Below the pieces are notes generated by a model that was not told the origin of the DNA, ran no database searches, and saw only the letters and a program-made list of their open reading frames with translations. A DNA stretch of 64,000 nt from positions 124,001-188,000 of the forward strand of contig OX337231.1 in the NCBI GenBank assembly GCA_946965045.2, read 5' to 3'. A program made the translations under genes and the position numbers. Source of the DNA: Epithemia pelagica (taxonomy: Eukaryota > Protista > Bacillariophyta). Below are positions 11,545 to 22,620 of the stretch, piece by piece (the stretch's first letter is position 1; each line of letters begins with the position of its first letter).

Positions 11545-11936
11545 TAATTCTTTCTAATGTGTTGTTCTATAGGTGCTATCACGATTATAAATGTGAAATG
11601 ACTCTAGAGAGAAATCGACAGACACTGGAGACACCACGAAAGACAGCATGAACGATTGCATCTGCCCGGCCATTGTATTCGTATGTTCTATGCTTTCTGG
11701 AGCTTCGAAACTGAAGCAAATAATAGTACCTACGCCCTGCCCATGTTTTTGCCGAGTTGTGGAGGTACGACCAACAACCATACACCCCAAACACCAAACA
11801 CACATCATAGCGAAACGATAAACGATGTGCAACGATTTTCTGCAACTTGAGAGCTCATAAAACGGACACGCGTAGAAAAGACACAGAGAAACAGACCCCC
11901 ACATATAGCCTCCATTTCCTTGCTGCTTGTTTGACC

Positions 11937-12668
11937 ATGAAGCTTTCCATTGCTGCTCTGTTCTTTGTTTCCGTCCTGGGTGAGTGGTCGCTCTGTTGGT
12001 TGTCAAGAATTGTCCACGTCCATTGTCTCGGTTTTTCTAGAGTGGAAAGGTTTTCCTCCTGGTCCATTTGCTCACCCACAAAAATCACATTTCCTCTCAT
12101 GGCAGGTTTCGCGAGAGCTCGACTTGGCACAAGCACGGAGGACGAAGTCCATGTCCATCGTGAGCTGGCTTCTTTCCCCCTTCCCGAAGGTGCTCTGGGT
12201 CAAGTTCTCCTTTGTAACAATCCAGTAGCACGATCAGAACGCCCGCACATTTACTCCGCTGACACACCTTTCCCAACTTGCAAAACGGCCCCTGAAAATG
12301 GAAACGTACCGTATGGATTGGATTTTGATGCTCTTTTTGATGACAGACAGTCCTTCATTGTCCCAAAGTCTCCAGATGATGATTCCATTGATCTCTTATT
12401 CGATAACTCTGGTTTGAAGCTGTCGAACAATGCTGTTTACGCTCGTGTACGAAAGACAAAAGGCGTATCATTTGGAGTAGTCCGGTGTCCGCGTCAAATG
12501 AATGAATACAGTTCTAGTGCTGAAATCGGTTTCAGTTGGCTAAACTTGGACTTCCTCTGTATCCGGACCAAAAATGGAATGACTGTCAAGATCATGCCCG
12601 GTCCGAAGAGGTATCACTACGAGGATGATGAGAAGGCCATCAAGCTGGCCTATGCTGTAGAAAATTAG
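11937..12668 (+). CDS. Secreted hypothetical protein; join(11937..11979,12106..12668)
   Basis: Signal peptide MKLSIAALFFVSVLG|FARA interrupted by a GTGAGT...GGCAG intron (126 nt), followed by an RxL propeptide motif (HRELAS). Confidence 0.8.
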   Translation: MKLSIAALFFVSVLGEWSLCWLSRIVHVHCLGFSRVERFSSWSICSPTKITFPLMAGFARARLGTSTEDEVHVHRELASFPLPEGALGQVLLCNNPVARSERPHIYSADTPFPTCKTAPENGNVPYGLDFDALFDDRQSFIVPKSPDDDSIDLLFDNSGLKLSNNAVYARVRKTKGVSFGVVRCPRQMNEYSSSAEIGFSWLNLDFLCIRTKNGMTVKIMPGPKRYHYEDDEKAIKLAYAVEN

Positions 12669-12979
12669 TCGCGTGGTTGACCTGGTTCGGGCTTTGGGCT
12701 TTGGGGCGCCATTGACGTTCCTCCTATACAGGAGACTGGATAGGTCCGCTCCAACATTGCGCCAAGCAATGTATAAATATTATATAGAACGACCTAATCG
12801 GTAATCCTTCATGAGAAGTCTTCATTTTTGTGGTGTAGAGAATCTTGAAAACGCCCCCATGGAAGAATCTTGGCGTATGTGCACCAATCCGCAACCTCCC
12901 AAACACCGTTGGTCTAAAAATACCCAAAGCAGTGATCACTGTCCCTTCCTCCTAGAGAAACTAGAGGATCATGGTGACT

Positions 12980-13800
12980 GACTGGGACCCTTCTGACAAG
13001 TTACACGAAACACCTATTTTACGACACCACAGTCTCTGGATGACCACGACCAATTCGACACACTCGCAATACTGTTTGTCGTGTTGGAATTTCTTGTCCA
13101 AGAGGGTACAATCTCCTCCACCACAACCAACATACACGGATCATATTTGCCCCAAGACATGGTGATTGTTGGCTCGATTCGGAGGCATCTGGTTGGCAGG
13201 CTGACACCAACAACGAAACACTGTCATGGTTGTCGTCTTGTGGACTGTAGTGTCTCGGGCGTCGATTAGAACATGTGCACCACCATGGTCGTAACTCCTT
13301 TTGGCAACGCATTGTTGGCAAGCCAAGACAAGACGAGTGAATTGCGAGCGTCATGAACGTTAATGCAGTGTGGGTGGCGGCTGCTCGTCGTTGTCGTCGT
13401 TTCACCAAACACAAGAACAATCATTACAACGACATGTAGGAGACGACGAGAACCTCATCCAAACTCCAAGACCATTGTCTTGTGCGCATTCCGACAGTCA
13501 CCGTCGTCGTCACTCGACTCTTTCATCCAATTCCTTCCTTGTGTGCGTGTGACTTGCGCAGTTTCTTCAAGACGAGTTGCTGCTTCACAACCAAACAGAG
13601 AAGAGTACTTGGTCGACCTTGAAAACAGGTCACTCGTTCCAGAACCACCACCATGCTCATGACCGCTGGCCACTGTGGTCCAGTGTCAGATCGGTAGTCT
13701 CGTGGACGACGCATCCAGGACCCAAGAGCCGAACTGAAAAGGACGGGGAACGGAGCGAGGCATGCACACAGACGACACTGCAACCCTGTCATGGGGAGGC
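12980..13800. pseudogene. Degenerate duplicated segment, copy 2 (homologous to 8440-9335)
   Basis: Collinear nucleotide similarity to copy 1 as listed there. Coding strand cannot be determined. Confidence 0.45.
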
Positions 13801-14709
13801 TCCTCGATCAATTCGGGTAAGACGGGATCCACCAACAACCGCCACCACGAACCAAACCTTGAATCGTTGCCTGTGCATGGCGGGGTCGTTCTTGTACGCG
13901 ACAATGCAACGCAGCAATGACGTGAGAACTAGACACGACGAAGGAACAACCCAGTCGTCCCAATCCGTTTCTCTGGAAACGCTGTATCTGACACACACAT
14001 TTGTCGTCACAATCGAGTCGAGTCATTTCCCTTGCTGTTGTTGCGTGTGGGACAGGACACCCGCATTATTTGCTGGTGGCGTGTGTGATCATTTGGTGAA
14101 ACAGACCAGACGACGCAATGCCGGTCGTGTCATGATGGATGCGACTTGTTGGGAACCACGTCGTTCGTCCACACATGTTGTTGGCGTGGTTCACTTTCGT
14201 GCCGTTCTCGTGATCTGTTGCGTTCACATGCCTCCATTGTTGTCCCCGTACATGGATATCTCGACACGCCTGCAAACACAGTTCCTTTGTCGTCATTGGA
14301 GGCAACGCAACGACGTGCCCGATGCGCGCGCAATGCGATTCAACTATCCCTTTCCTTTAGAGAGAGGTAGGCTTCCGTAGAGTGGAAGACGGAGTACTCC
14401 TAAGCATGGCGTTCGGTCCGACCGATCTCCCATGTGCAGTTCCAATCGAAGAACCAACAGGAACAACGAGGAGAGATTGATCATGTAAACCAAATACACC
14501 CACACAAACAGGCACAAAGCAAACAACACTGTATTATTATTATTATTTCGCCTTTTCATGGCATGAAGCGTCAAATTGCGCTGGTTATCCCGCGGACACG
14601 AATGGTTTACGGGACAAGAGATATGCGTCAAATGCGAAACAGACATGAGATTTATCGTGTACTTTGGACGAAATAGAAGCTCCCGCGCATGAGCAGACCA
14701 CAGACTAAA

Positions 14710-15804
14710 CTAGAAGTTCGCAGGCATGGCCAGACTTGCGAGGAATTCCACAAATTCGACAAAGGACATTTGTCCATCTCGATTGTGATCAGCCTCGTTC
14801 AATATTACCACCATTTCTTCAATTTCTTTCTCGTCAGATTTGTTATCCTCGTTCCGTTCAAGCATGAAATGGATCCATTCGTCGTTGGACAAGAGGTAAT
14901 CGTCATTTTGATCCATTTGGTGAAAGGTTTCAACAACAAAGAGAAAAGTTGTGGGATCGCATTTCGACGAAGATGACGACAACGACGTCAAGACCATGGC
15001 CCAAAATTCGGGAAATTCCAGCATGTCATTGTTATTGACATCAAACTGAAGCAAAGAGATGGTTTAAAGCACACAGCGGCGACAGAAAAAAGAGGAAACG
15101 TTGTGTTAGTCTTATATGTTCCTTGACAAAGGGGATAATGCCAGTACCTGACATACCAATAGCATTTGTTCTGGATCCAACTCCACCACAACGTCGACTT
15201 GTTCCATTGTAGATGTGGTGTTTGATTCGTCTGGATCCAACCAATAGTGCGGCGAAACAACGACTGTCCTCCATTCGTCCATGATCAGAGAGCCTTTTTA
15301 TTGAGGAACAGACGCAATACGAGTGCAACCAAAATTTGTCAGAACAATACGTTTTCTCAAAATGGAAGGGAAGACCAACATCCCCACATAAGAACACGAC
15401 ATACCATTGCCATCTGTATCGTACTGACCAAAGGCTTCCTGTAGTTGCTTCCATTTGTCCTCTTTGACGTTGTCATCAGGAGTCGTCGCATTCGACTGAG
15501 TGGATGTTTGTTTGGGTCGATCGTTGTCCACTGGAATGTGAAGCCTCCTTTTGGGCTATGACTCTTGTCTCCCACGACCACCACGATATCGTCGTCGTCT
15601 TCGTCGTTTGCGATTTGTGGAGGTATTGGGAGTTACACTGGGATCTGTCTTGTTCGTGTGATGGTGGTCCACCAAACGAAGGCTGCTTTCATGATGCTCT
15701 CCCCCTTCTTGAGCACAGATAGCCTCCATATGCAACAGGACCATCCAAAACGAGAGCAACAATCGTTGTTGGGACCACATCGTTCTGTGATGTCTTCTCA
15801 CCAT
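14710..15804 (-). pseudogene. Secreted calmodulin-like gene copy A; exons 15804-15405, 15293-15157, 15045-14710; in-frame TAG at 15556-15558
   Basis: Signal peptide and four EF loops (DTDGNGSLIMDE, DVNNNDMLEFPE, DQNDDYLLSNDE, DHNRDGQMSFVE). Intron positions match copies C and D. The frame reads ...GRQES*PKRRLHIPVD. An LTR sits about 50 bp upstream of the ATG. Confidence 0.85.
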
Positions 15805-15853
15805 TGTGGAAGATCTATGGTATCTTTTTAGGTTGATGCACAAAAGAACCGCC

Positions 15854-16046
15854 TGTTGGATCACTAGATTGGCCCAAATGGGGTCTCCTGTGCACAGAAG
15901 TAATACGGTTGTAAACGTAGATGAATGGTTTGCAAAATGATCGATCTGAAAAGAGTGAGAGTTACGACTAGAGTAATGTCCAAGATGGGAGTTGTTGTTG
16001 TGCCAGTTGTGATCGTAATCATCCAAGATCTAGGTGAGCTATAACC
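15854..16046 (-). repeat. 3' LTR (about 193 bp) of the second copia element, with a polypurine tract immediately upstream
   Basis: On the minus strand the PPT-like GGGAGGC (about 16047-16053) is followed by GGTTATAG... and the LTR ends ...GATCCAACA at 15854. Homology between the upstream regions of genes A and B stops at about this point. Confidence 0.7.
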
Positions 16047-16443
16047 GCCTCCCATGCGGTTTCTATCCCAAAGATCATATGTGCGACCGACTCATGACAT
16101 GAAGAGCGATTCAATTCTTGATTCCAACACCCTGCCTAATTGTGTCGCTCGAATGTCATTGATGTCATAAATTTGAGATTCTCATGTTCGTCGTGTGTGG
16201 TGAAGATTTCATATTCTGTGAGTTGTGCCAATGTGAGAAGAAGATACCCTGCCTGATTTGGATGATGTTTGAATGCGATGTACGTGATTGATTGATGTTG
16301 TTGTTGTTGTTGATTTGTTTTGTTTCTTTGATTCTTGATATTCTGATGATTTGTTGTTCGTTGTTGATATGGGCATTATGGGTTCTGTCGTTTGTTTGAT
16401 GATGGCGGTTTCACTATGGTGTGGTGAGGATGATTGGGCTTGG

Positions 16444-19400
16444 TCAATTGGATGGTGCTTGTCGAAGAAAGCATTGAATCCAATAGGGAATTGGACCTTG
16501 GTGAGCGATCAGGGCGGTTTCGGATCCGACAATGGGTTCAACGTGAGCGCCTTGCTCGTTCATGGCCATCGAAGAAGGATCGTCGTCAGCGTTGGAACTG
16601 GGATCAATGTCAGAACAATAGACAAGGGAATGGCACTTGAAGTCAGGACCAGAAAGATTCTTGGTGAAGAGGTCTGCGCTATTGTCAGGTGAGTGAACCC
16701 AAATGGTGTGAATTAATCCATCTTCTTTCATCTCACGGAGAAAATGCCACTTGACGTCGATGTGGCGTGTGCGTCCTCCAACACTCCATGAATGTGTCAA
16801 AGCCAGTGCTCCTTTGCAGTCCATTTGGAGGATCATCGGTTTCTTCACGGTAAGGCCCATTTGTTCGATAACACGCATTCCAAAAAGCATTCGCTGACCC
16901 GTTTCCACTGCTGCTACGATTTCTGCTTCGCTGACTGACAACGTGACGCAATCCTGCATTCGACTCGATTCGGAGATTGGAGCGTCTTGGAGAAAGACGG
17001 AAATGTCAGACACGCTGTGCCGCTTCTCAGGATCCTTGGCAAAGTCAGAGTCGCTGACACCACAAATCTCGAATTCAAAACCATCGCGAGATCCATCCCA
17101 ACAACCAACCGGACGCAGAGTCTTGCTGCAAGTCGACGTGTCCATGCAGAAACGCATGACACGGTACATGGCCTTCAAATGATTCGTGGTAGCCTGCTTC
17201 ATAAACTTGGACAATTCACGGACGGAATTCAGAATGTCAGGCCTTGTCCACTTCATCAAATGCAACAATTTTCCAACTCCACTGCGATAGAGAGACTGTT
17301 TGGTACTGTCCAGATTGGGAGTGCCATCGTCCTTGCGAAGAACCTCACCAGGTGCTGCCGGTGTGGAATAGGGCTGCGGTGCATGAGGGACAGAGAACTC
17401 GTCGGTGAAACTACGGAGTAAGACCGGCTGAGTGAACTTGCACGAGCGGGCTTCACGGTCGATATCGACCTTGCATCCAATGTATTCGGTGAGTACACCA
17501 CAATCATAACAGTCAAAGTGTTCCTTCATGGCGGCCTTCGAATGTAACACGCCTGCCTCCGATCCACAGATCAAGAAATCGTCGACCCAAGACAACCAGA
17601 TGACGAGGCCATAAACGGTCCACGCAAAGTACAGACAGGGATCAGCACGGTTCCGAAGGAATCCAATCAACTGCATGACTTCCTGCACTTTGTTCCAAAA
17701 GGCACGAGCTGCCTGTTTGGTACCGTAGAGTGTCTTGCCTAAGAGAATCAACCAACCTGGTGGATACTTGGATTCCATTCCTTTGGGAATGGTCATCCAC
17801 ATCTTTCTGTCTTTTTCAAAATCACCCAACAAGAAAGCACCCTTGACATCCATCACATGGACGACCCAATTTGCGAGAATAATCAGCACAAAGATGATCA
17901 TGATGGTCATTTCAGATGCTACGGGAGCGAAAGTTGCGTGGCTGTCGTAATGCTCACCGTCAACTTGCTCGTAACCACGGGCATTCAATCGAGCACGAAA
18001 GGTCCCATTGGCCTTCTTTTTCATTGCCCAGACGTTGCTAAGGATCCTGGCGTCAGCAGGAACATCAACTGGAGAACAAGGGATGAAGACACCGTTGTCA
18101 ATCATCCGCTGATACTCCTTCTCAATAGACTCTAACCATTGGTCACGCTCAGGGCCATTAATAGCTTCCTCATACTTCAGAACGTGTAGTTCCTTGGTAT
18201 TCTGGATGCCACCTCCCAAACCGGCTCCAACCATAGCACATTCTTTGGCCAAGTCGGTGGAATTAGCGCTATAGCCTGATGGGACACTGTCGACAGGAAA
18301 CTTGGGAGCCACATAATCTGGATCAATGTCGGCTTGAATGAAGGCACCACTGATGTCAGAAAGGGGATAATCGACGGAAACTTCTTGAAATCCGGAGCGA
18401 ATGTCAGTGACTTGGGGTTCAGGGACGTTGTCTTGATCGTCATAGTGATGACTAGAGTCGCTAAAGTCAGAATCTTCGTGACCAAGAGAAGACATAGTAT
18501 GGTAGTAATTTTGTTCGGCGCGACTGAGAGATAATTGCTGGAAATTGATGCCAGCACATGCATATTCCTCGATCAATCGTCTTGGTGGTCGAATGTGTCG
18601 TCCTGTGCAAGTGACTTGCTCGCGACGAGGAGTTGCAGATGTGAGGACACTCACATTATCGTCGGCATCAGTCGCTTGATCGATTGTCTCCACGGTTGGA
18701 CGTATAATTTCCATGGGTTCATGTGCAGTTGCTTCGGGTTCGTCCTTGGAGTCTGGTTGGGGATTCTCCGGATTCTCGTCGGGGATCATTTCGATAAATG
18801 GAGCAGCGTTATCAATTAAGGGCAAGTCATTGCAATCTGCATAAGTACTTGGATCTACGACTGGGCTGACCATTAGATGAGGTACCGAAGGAGGAGGAAC
18901 AAAATACATGCGTCGAAGCCAAACGACATCACGAGTCAAATGGATCATTTTGGTTGTAGGATTGAACATGCGATAAACATCGCCAGCATGATCTTTACAA
19001 TAGCCCACGAATAGACAGTGAGCACCTCTATCGTTGAGCTTCTTCGAAGTGTCCATTGAAATCTTGACGGTTCCAGCTTCGCCCCATGTACGAAGGTGAT
19101 GGGCAAACTTCGGCAGTTGTCCACACCAATGCTCATACCGTGTCTGAGAGACACCATCAATCTTGATTACAATCAGACCGTCCAATAATGTTGCAGTGTC
19201 AAAGGCAGTCGTCCACAGAAGGTTGCGATACTCTAAAGGTAGGTTAGCTCGATGCATCATAGCTCGTCCTCGCATAGCAATGGTAGAGATGCTAACTTCC
19301 GCTAGGGAGTTTTGCTGGGGAGTATTACGCGCGGTGAATTCGAACTCGATTCCCAACTTCCATGCGACTGACTGTGCTCGTGATTGAAGTAAGATGTTCT

Positions 19401-20184
19401 CGCCGGCGTTGTCAAGGCGGACATGTGTTACACCTAATCCATTAGAGGCCCAACGTTGAAACAATTCGCAGACGGGTTCGACCATTGCATTCTTCGAGGA
19501 ATGGAAAGAGGAGAATTTTAGTTGGGTCTTTCCGTGCACAATCATGCACCATTGGTACTTCTTGGGATACGGCATCGATGGTGTGCGTTGAACCGAACTC
19601 ATGTCAAGATACACACGATTCATGGTGGACTCCTCGCTTGGATCGTATTCGTCGTCAAGTTTGGATTTGGATTTGGATCGAGGAAAGTTCTTGCGACGTG
19701 CTTTACCGGCTGCACAAGCAGCGCATTGATCCATGGTAGTGGTTTCGAGAGTCATGCCAAGGTGTTCAACTATCGATTTGAGTTGATGTTGGCCGATATG
19801 TCCGAGACGATCATGAGCTTGCTGTAGGGACAAAATGGGGCGTTTCTTCGGTTGCATGTTGGTGACAGCATCGACAATTTCGTGTGGAGAGCTTGAAGGT
19901 TGACGTCGTAAGTATAGGCAAAAGATCATTCCTTCTGGTGTGGGAATTACGATATCGAACGTGACACTGACATTGTCTTTGCTGATGACGATTGCTTCAG
20001 ATGAACCGGACAGATTCCAGCCTTGCTTAAGCATTTTAGAGATGCTGAAAAGGTTGAAAGCTGCTGACGGTAGCAGATTCACTCCTGTGAGTCTCGCTGG
20101 TCCGACTTCTTGTCCGTGCTTGTCGTAGCAGAGTCCGGGTAATTCACCAATCAACGAGGGAATCTCCGTCGTGTCATTAGCCAT
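16444..20184 (-). CDS. Copia Pol fragment, 1246 aa: partial protease, HHCC integrase, RT, RNase H
   Basis: AHDRLGHIG...CAACAAGK (Zn finger), RLDNAGEN and TPQQNSLAE (integrase), RARLNARGYEQ, MDVKGAFLLG, LYGTKQA and WVDD (RT), SDSDFAKD (RNase H). No internal stops. Confidence 0.95.
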   Translation of the reverse strand: MANDTTEIPSLIGELPGLCYDKHGQEVGPARLTGVNLLPSAAFNLFSISKMLKQGWNLSGSSEAIVISKDNVSVTFDIVIPTPEGMIFCLYLRRQPSSSPHEIVDAVTNMQPKKRPILSLQQAHDRLGHIGQHQLKSIVEHLGMTLETTTMDQCAACAAGKARRKNFPRSKSKSKLDDEYDPSEESTMNRVYLDMSSVQRTPSMPYPKKYQWCMIVHGKTQLKFSSFHSSKNAMVEPVCELFQRWASNGLGVTHVRLDNAGENILLQSRAQSVAWKLGIEFEFTARNTPQQNSLAEVSISTIAMRGRAMMHRANLPLEYRNLLWTTAFDTATLLDGLIVIKIDGVSQTRYEHWCGQLPKFAHHLRTWGEAGTVKISMDTSKKLNDRGAHCLFVGYCKDHAGDVYRMFNPTTKMIHLTRDVVWLRRMYFVPPPSVPHLMVSPVVDPSTYADCNDLPLIDNAAPFIEMIPDENPENPQPDSKDEPEATAHEPMEIIRPTVETIDQATDADDNVSVLTSATPRREQVTCTGRHIRPPRRLIEEYACAGINFQQLSLSRAEQNYYHTMSSLGHEDSDFSDSSHHYDDQDNVPEPQVTDIRSGFQEVSVDYPLSDISGAFIQADIDPDYVAPKFPVDSVPSGYSANSTDLAKECAMVGAGLGGGIQNTKELHVLKYEEAINGPERDQWLESIEKEYQRMIDNGVFIPCSPVDVPADARILSNVWAMKKKANGTFRARLNARGYEQVDGEHYDSHATFAPVASEMTIMIIFVLIILANWVVHVMDVKGAFLLGDFEKDRKMWMTIPKGMESKYPPGWLILLGKTLYGTKQAARAFWNKVQEVMQLIGFLRNRADPCLYFAWTVYGLVIWLSWVDDFLICGSEAGVLHSKAAMKEHFDCYDCGVLTEYIGCKVDIDREARSCKFTQPVLLRSFTDEFSVPHAPQPYSTPAAPGEVLRKDDGTPNLDSTKQSLYRSGVGKLLHLMKWTRPDILNSVRELSKFMKQATTNHLKAMYRVMRFCMDTSTCSKTLRPVGCWDGSRDGFEFEICGVSDSDFAKDPEKRHSVSDISVFLQDAPISESSRMQDCVTLSVSEAEIVAAVETGQRMLFGMRVIEQMGLTVKKPMILQMDCKGALALTHSWSVGGRTRHIDVKWHFLREMKEDGLIHTIWVHSPDNSADLFTKNLSGPDFKCHSLVYCSDIDPSSNADDDPSSMAMNEQGAHVEPIVGSETALIAHQGPIPYWIQCFLRQAPSN

Positions 20185-20341
20185 TGGGAGTTACACTGGG
20201 ATCTGTCTTGTTCGTGTGATGGTGGTCCACCAGACGAAGGCGGTTTTCATCGTGGTCTCGTCCTCCTCCTCCTTGAGCATGTACTATAGAACCAAACGAG
20301 AGCAGCAATCGCCACATAGTTCTGTTGTGCTTTCTCGCCAT
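20177..20341 (-). pseudogene. 5' fragment of calmodulin-like gene copy B (54-aa ORF) fused to copia Pol
   Basis: MARKHNRTMWRLLLSFGSIVHAQ...RLVDHHHTNKTDPSVTPNG* is homologous to exon 1 of copy A. The last 50 nt or so are near-identical to 15626-15680. Confidence 0.85.
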
Positions 20342-20964
20342 GCTGGAAGCATGTTCTATGGTATCTTTTGGATGACGCAGAAAAGAACCGTACCCCGAAC
20401 CCGTTCCTTGCTACCCATGCTATGTTTGCTAGCGAAGTCCGAACGGAAAGTTAGATTGTTTCGAACTACTCCAGGTCCTTTATTATGCCATTGCAGTCCT
20501 CACAAGGCATCCATTCGATTGCAACAAACAGTCTGTCTACTGGTAGTGGGAAGGATATCAAGAGTTGGGTTCCGGTCAACCTTGAGGATCCATCCGGAGC
20601 AGTGACCTTCTGCACGATCCTCACGTGTGCGTGTCACCTCCACATGACAAAACCAAGATTTCTGAACGACGCAACAAACTGTACACGAGATTCAGAATAT
20701 GCACAGACGAAACGTCGTGAAACGACAAAGTACAGTGAGGATTCAAACAGAGCAGCATATTGGATCCAAAGAATACTAACTTCAGAGAACTATCCTGCGT
20801 TTTCGTTTTCGTGTTTTTTTCTACAATGCCCATTTGGTACAGTCCTGTCATCTCAACTGTGAATGGTGGGCCACCAACCAACCTGCTTGATGGAGTTGGA
20901 ATCCTGTTTGCAAGTCTCGTGGAGGATCATATTTTTGTGGTACCAGTCCTTGCGTCATCAATGT

Positions 20965-21972
20965 CTACCTATAGCTATCGGGCTTGGACATGGTTGCCAC
21001 CAATTCCACAAATTCGGCAAAGGACAATTTTCCATCTCGATTGTCATCGGTCTCCATTAAAATTGTCTGGACAGTTTCATTGGCGACATCCGTGTCCTTA
21101 TTTCCAACCATGCCGGCAATCAACTCGCTAGCCGACAAGACAGCATCGTCATTTTGATCCATTTCATCAAAGGTTTGGAGTAATTTGTAAAAGACTGGTT
21201 GGCTGGAGGGATTGAGTTTTGATGAGGGTGACGACATCATTGCCGTCAACACCATGGCCCAAAATTCAGGAAATTCCAACGTTCCATTGCCATTCTCATC
21301 AAACTGTAGTCGGAGTTTAGTTGTTGTATTGGAGCCATTCGTATCCCCCGACAACAGTAAAAACCTCTGTGAGTGTCGTTTGCACTGGCACTAGCGACAT
21401 CATGATGCAACAAGCATTCAAGAGTAAATTGATAGAGATACACATACCAATGGCATTTCGTGGGGATACAACTCCACCACAACTTCGTCGTCTTGTCCCA
21501 ATGTTGATTCCTTTTTTCGACTACCAATCCAATACTGTGGCGAGACAACGACTTGTTTCGGCTCATTCATGCTCAAAGAGCCTGTCGACAAACAAGAGTT
21601 TCCCATGAAAAAATGATACAATGAGCAGTGCCACAAGCGAAATCAACACGTACCAGTGCCATCTTCATCGTATTTATCAAAGGCTTGCTCCAGTTGCTTC
21701 CATTTTTTGTACGCTTCTTCTTTCGGAGAAGAAGAAAAATCCAGTTCCTGGTCAGCGTTATGAACTGGAAAGTGAAGCTTTTCCATTTGTGTCTCTTCTT
21801 CCTGAAGACCCCGAAATCCTTGTCGTTGATTCCGATTCGTGGGCTCCTTTTCAGTCATGAGAGTCTCTGTCCTCTCAGCTCCATCAACACCACGACATAC
21901 AGATACAATCATCAGGACCATCCACGAAAGGAATGGCAGTTGTTGGTGCCACAATGCTCTGTTGTTCGTCAT
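20965..21972 (-). CDS. Secreted calmodulin-like protein copy C; exons 21972-21654, 21581-21448, 21303-20965
   Basis: Signal peptide (LPFLSWMVLMIVSVCRG) and RGLQE propeptide motif. EF loops DEDGTGSLSMNE, DENGNGTLEFPE, DQNDDAVLSASE and DDNRDGKLSFAE. GT-AG introns keep the frame. Confidence 0.9.
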
Positions 21973-22620
21973 GGTGCACACAGAAAAGTGAATCTTTTTC
22001 TGCATTCTCACAAGAAAAAAGATGTCATGAAACGCACACCAGTCGCTCCAAAATATTCAACAGCTATCCATGCTAGGAGAAGGAGTAGTTGCTATCCATG
22101 CTAGCTAGGGGCATACTTTGCCAATGTCTTTGGAGCGGTGCTCCAGGTCATTCCTCCTAGAAGGACAATACAATAATCACGCATTAGACCCAAAGCGAGA
22201 CCGGAACAATCCGCAGGTTTTGTCGCAGCAATCTACCTATCACCTAGGAGGATCCTCCTGACCACCATCCAGAAAAGTAATACAGTTGCAGACCGCCGCT
22301 CATCTTATCAGCGAGTCATAGCGCCACTGCTTGCACCACAAACTTGCCAGTACTGTCATCTCCTTACCCCATTTGTTTTCCGGACCACCAGATGATGAGA
22401 CAGGCGGCGACGACGACGACAACAACAACAAAGATTGGTGAATGATAGATACAAAAAGGATTGTTTGTTGCTATCAGGATCGTTGACCGTATTCTGTATT
22501 GTGTTGTAGTATTGCGAGTATACCATACCGAACATCATATGAGCTGGTCATCATTGTTGTTGTGTGACTTTATATTTCATGGACGTAGCAGAAGTAGCAG
22601 AAGTTGTTGTTGGGTTTTGT

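Larger units (their letters stand above)
15854..20184 (-). mobile_element. 5'-truncated Ty1/copia element (no 5' LTR, gag or protease catalytic motif)
   Basis: The Pol ORF begins in the protease flap region and abuts host EF-hand exon sequence at about 20184. Confidence 0.9.
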
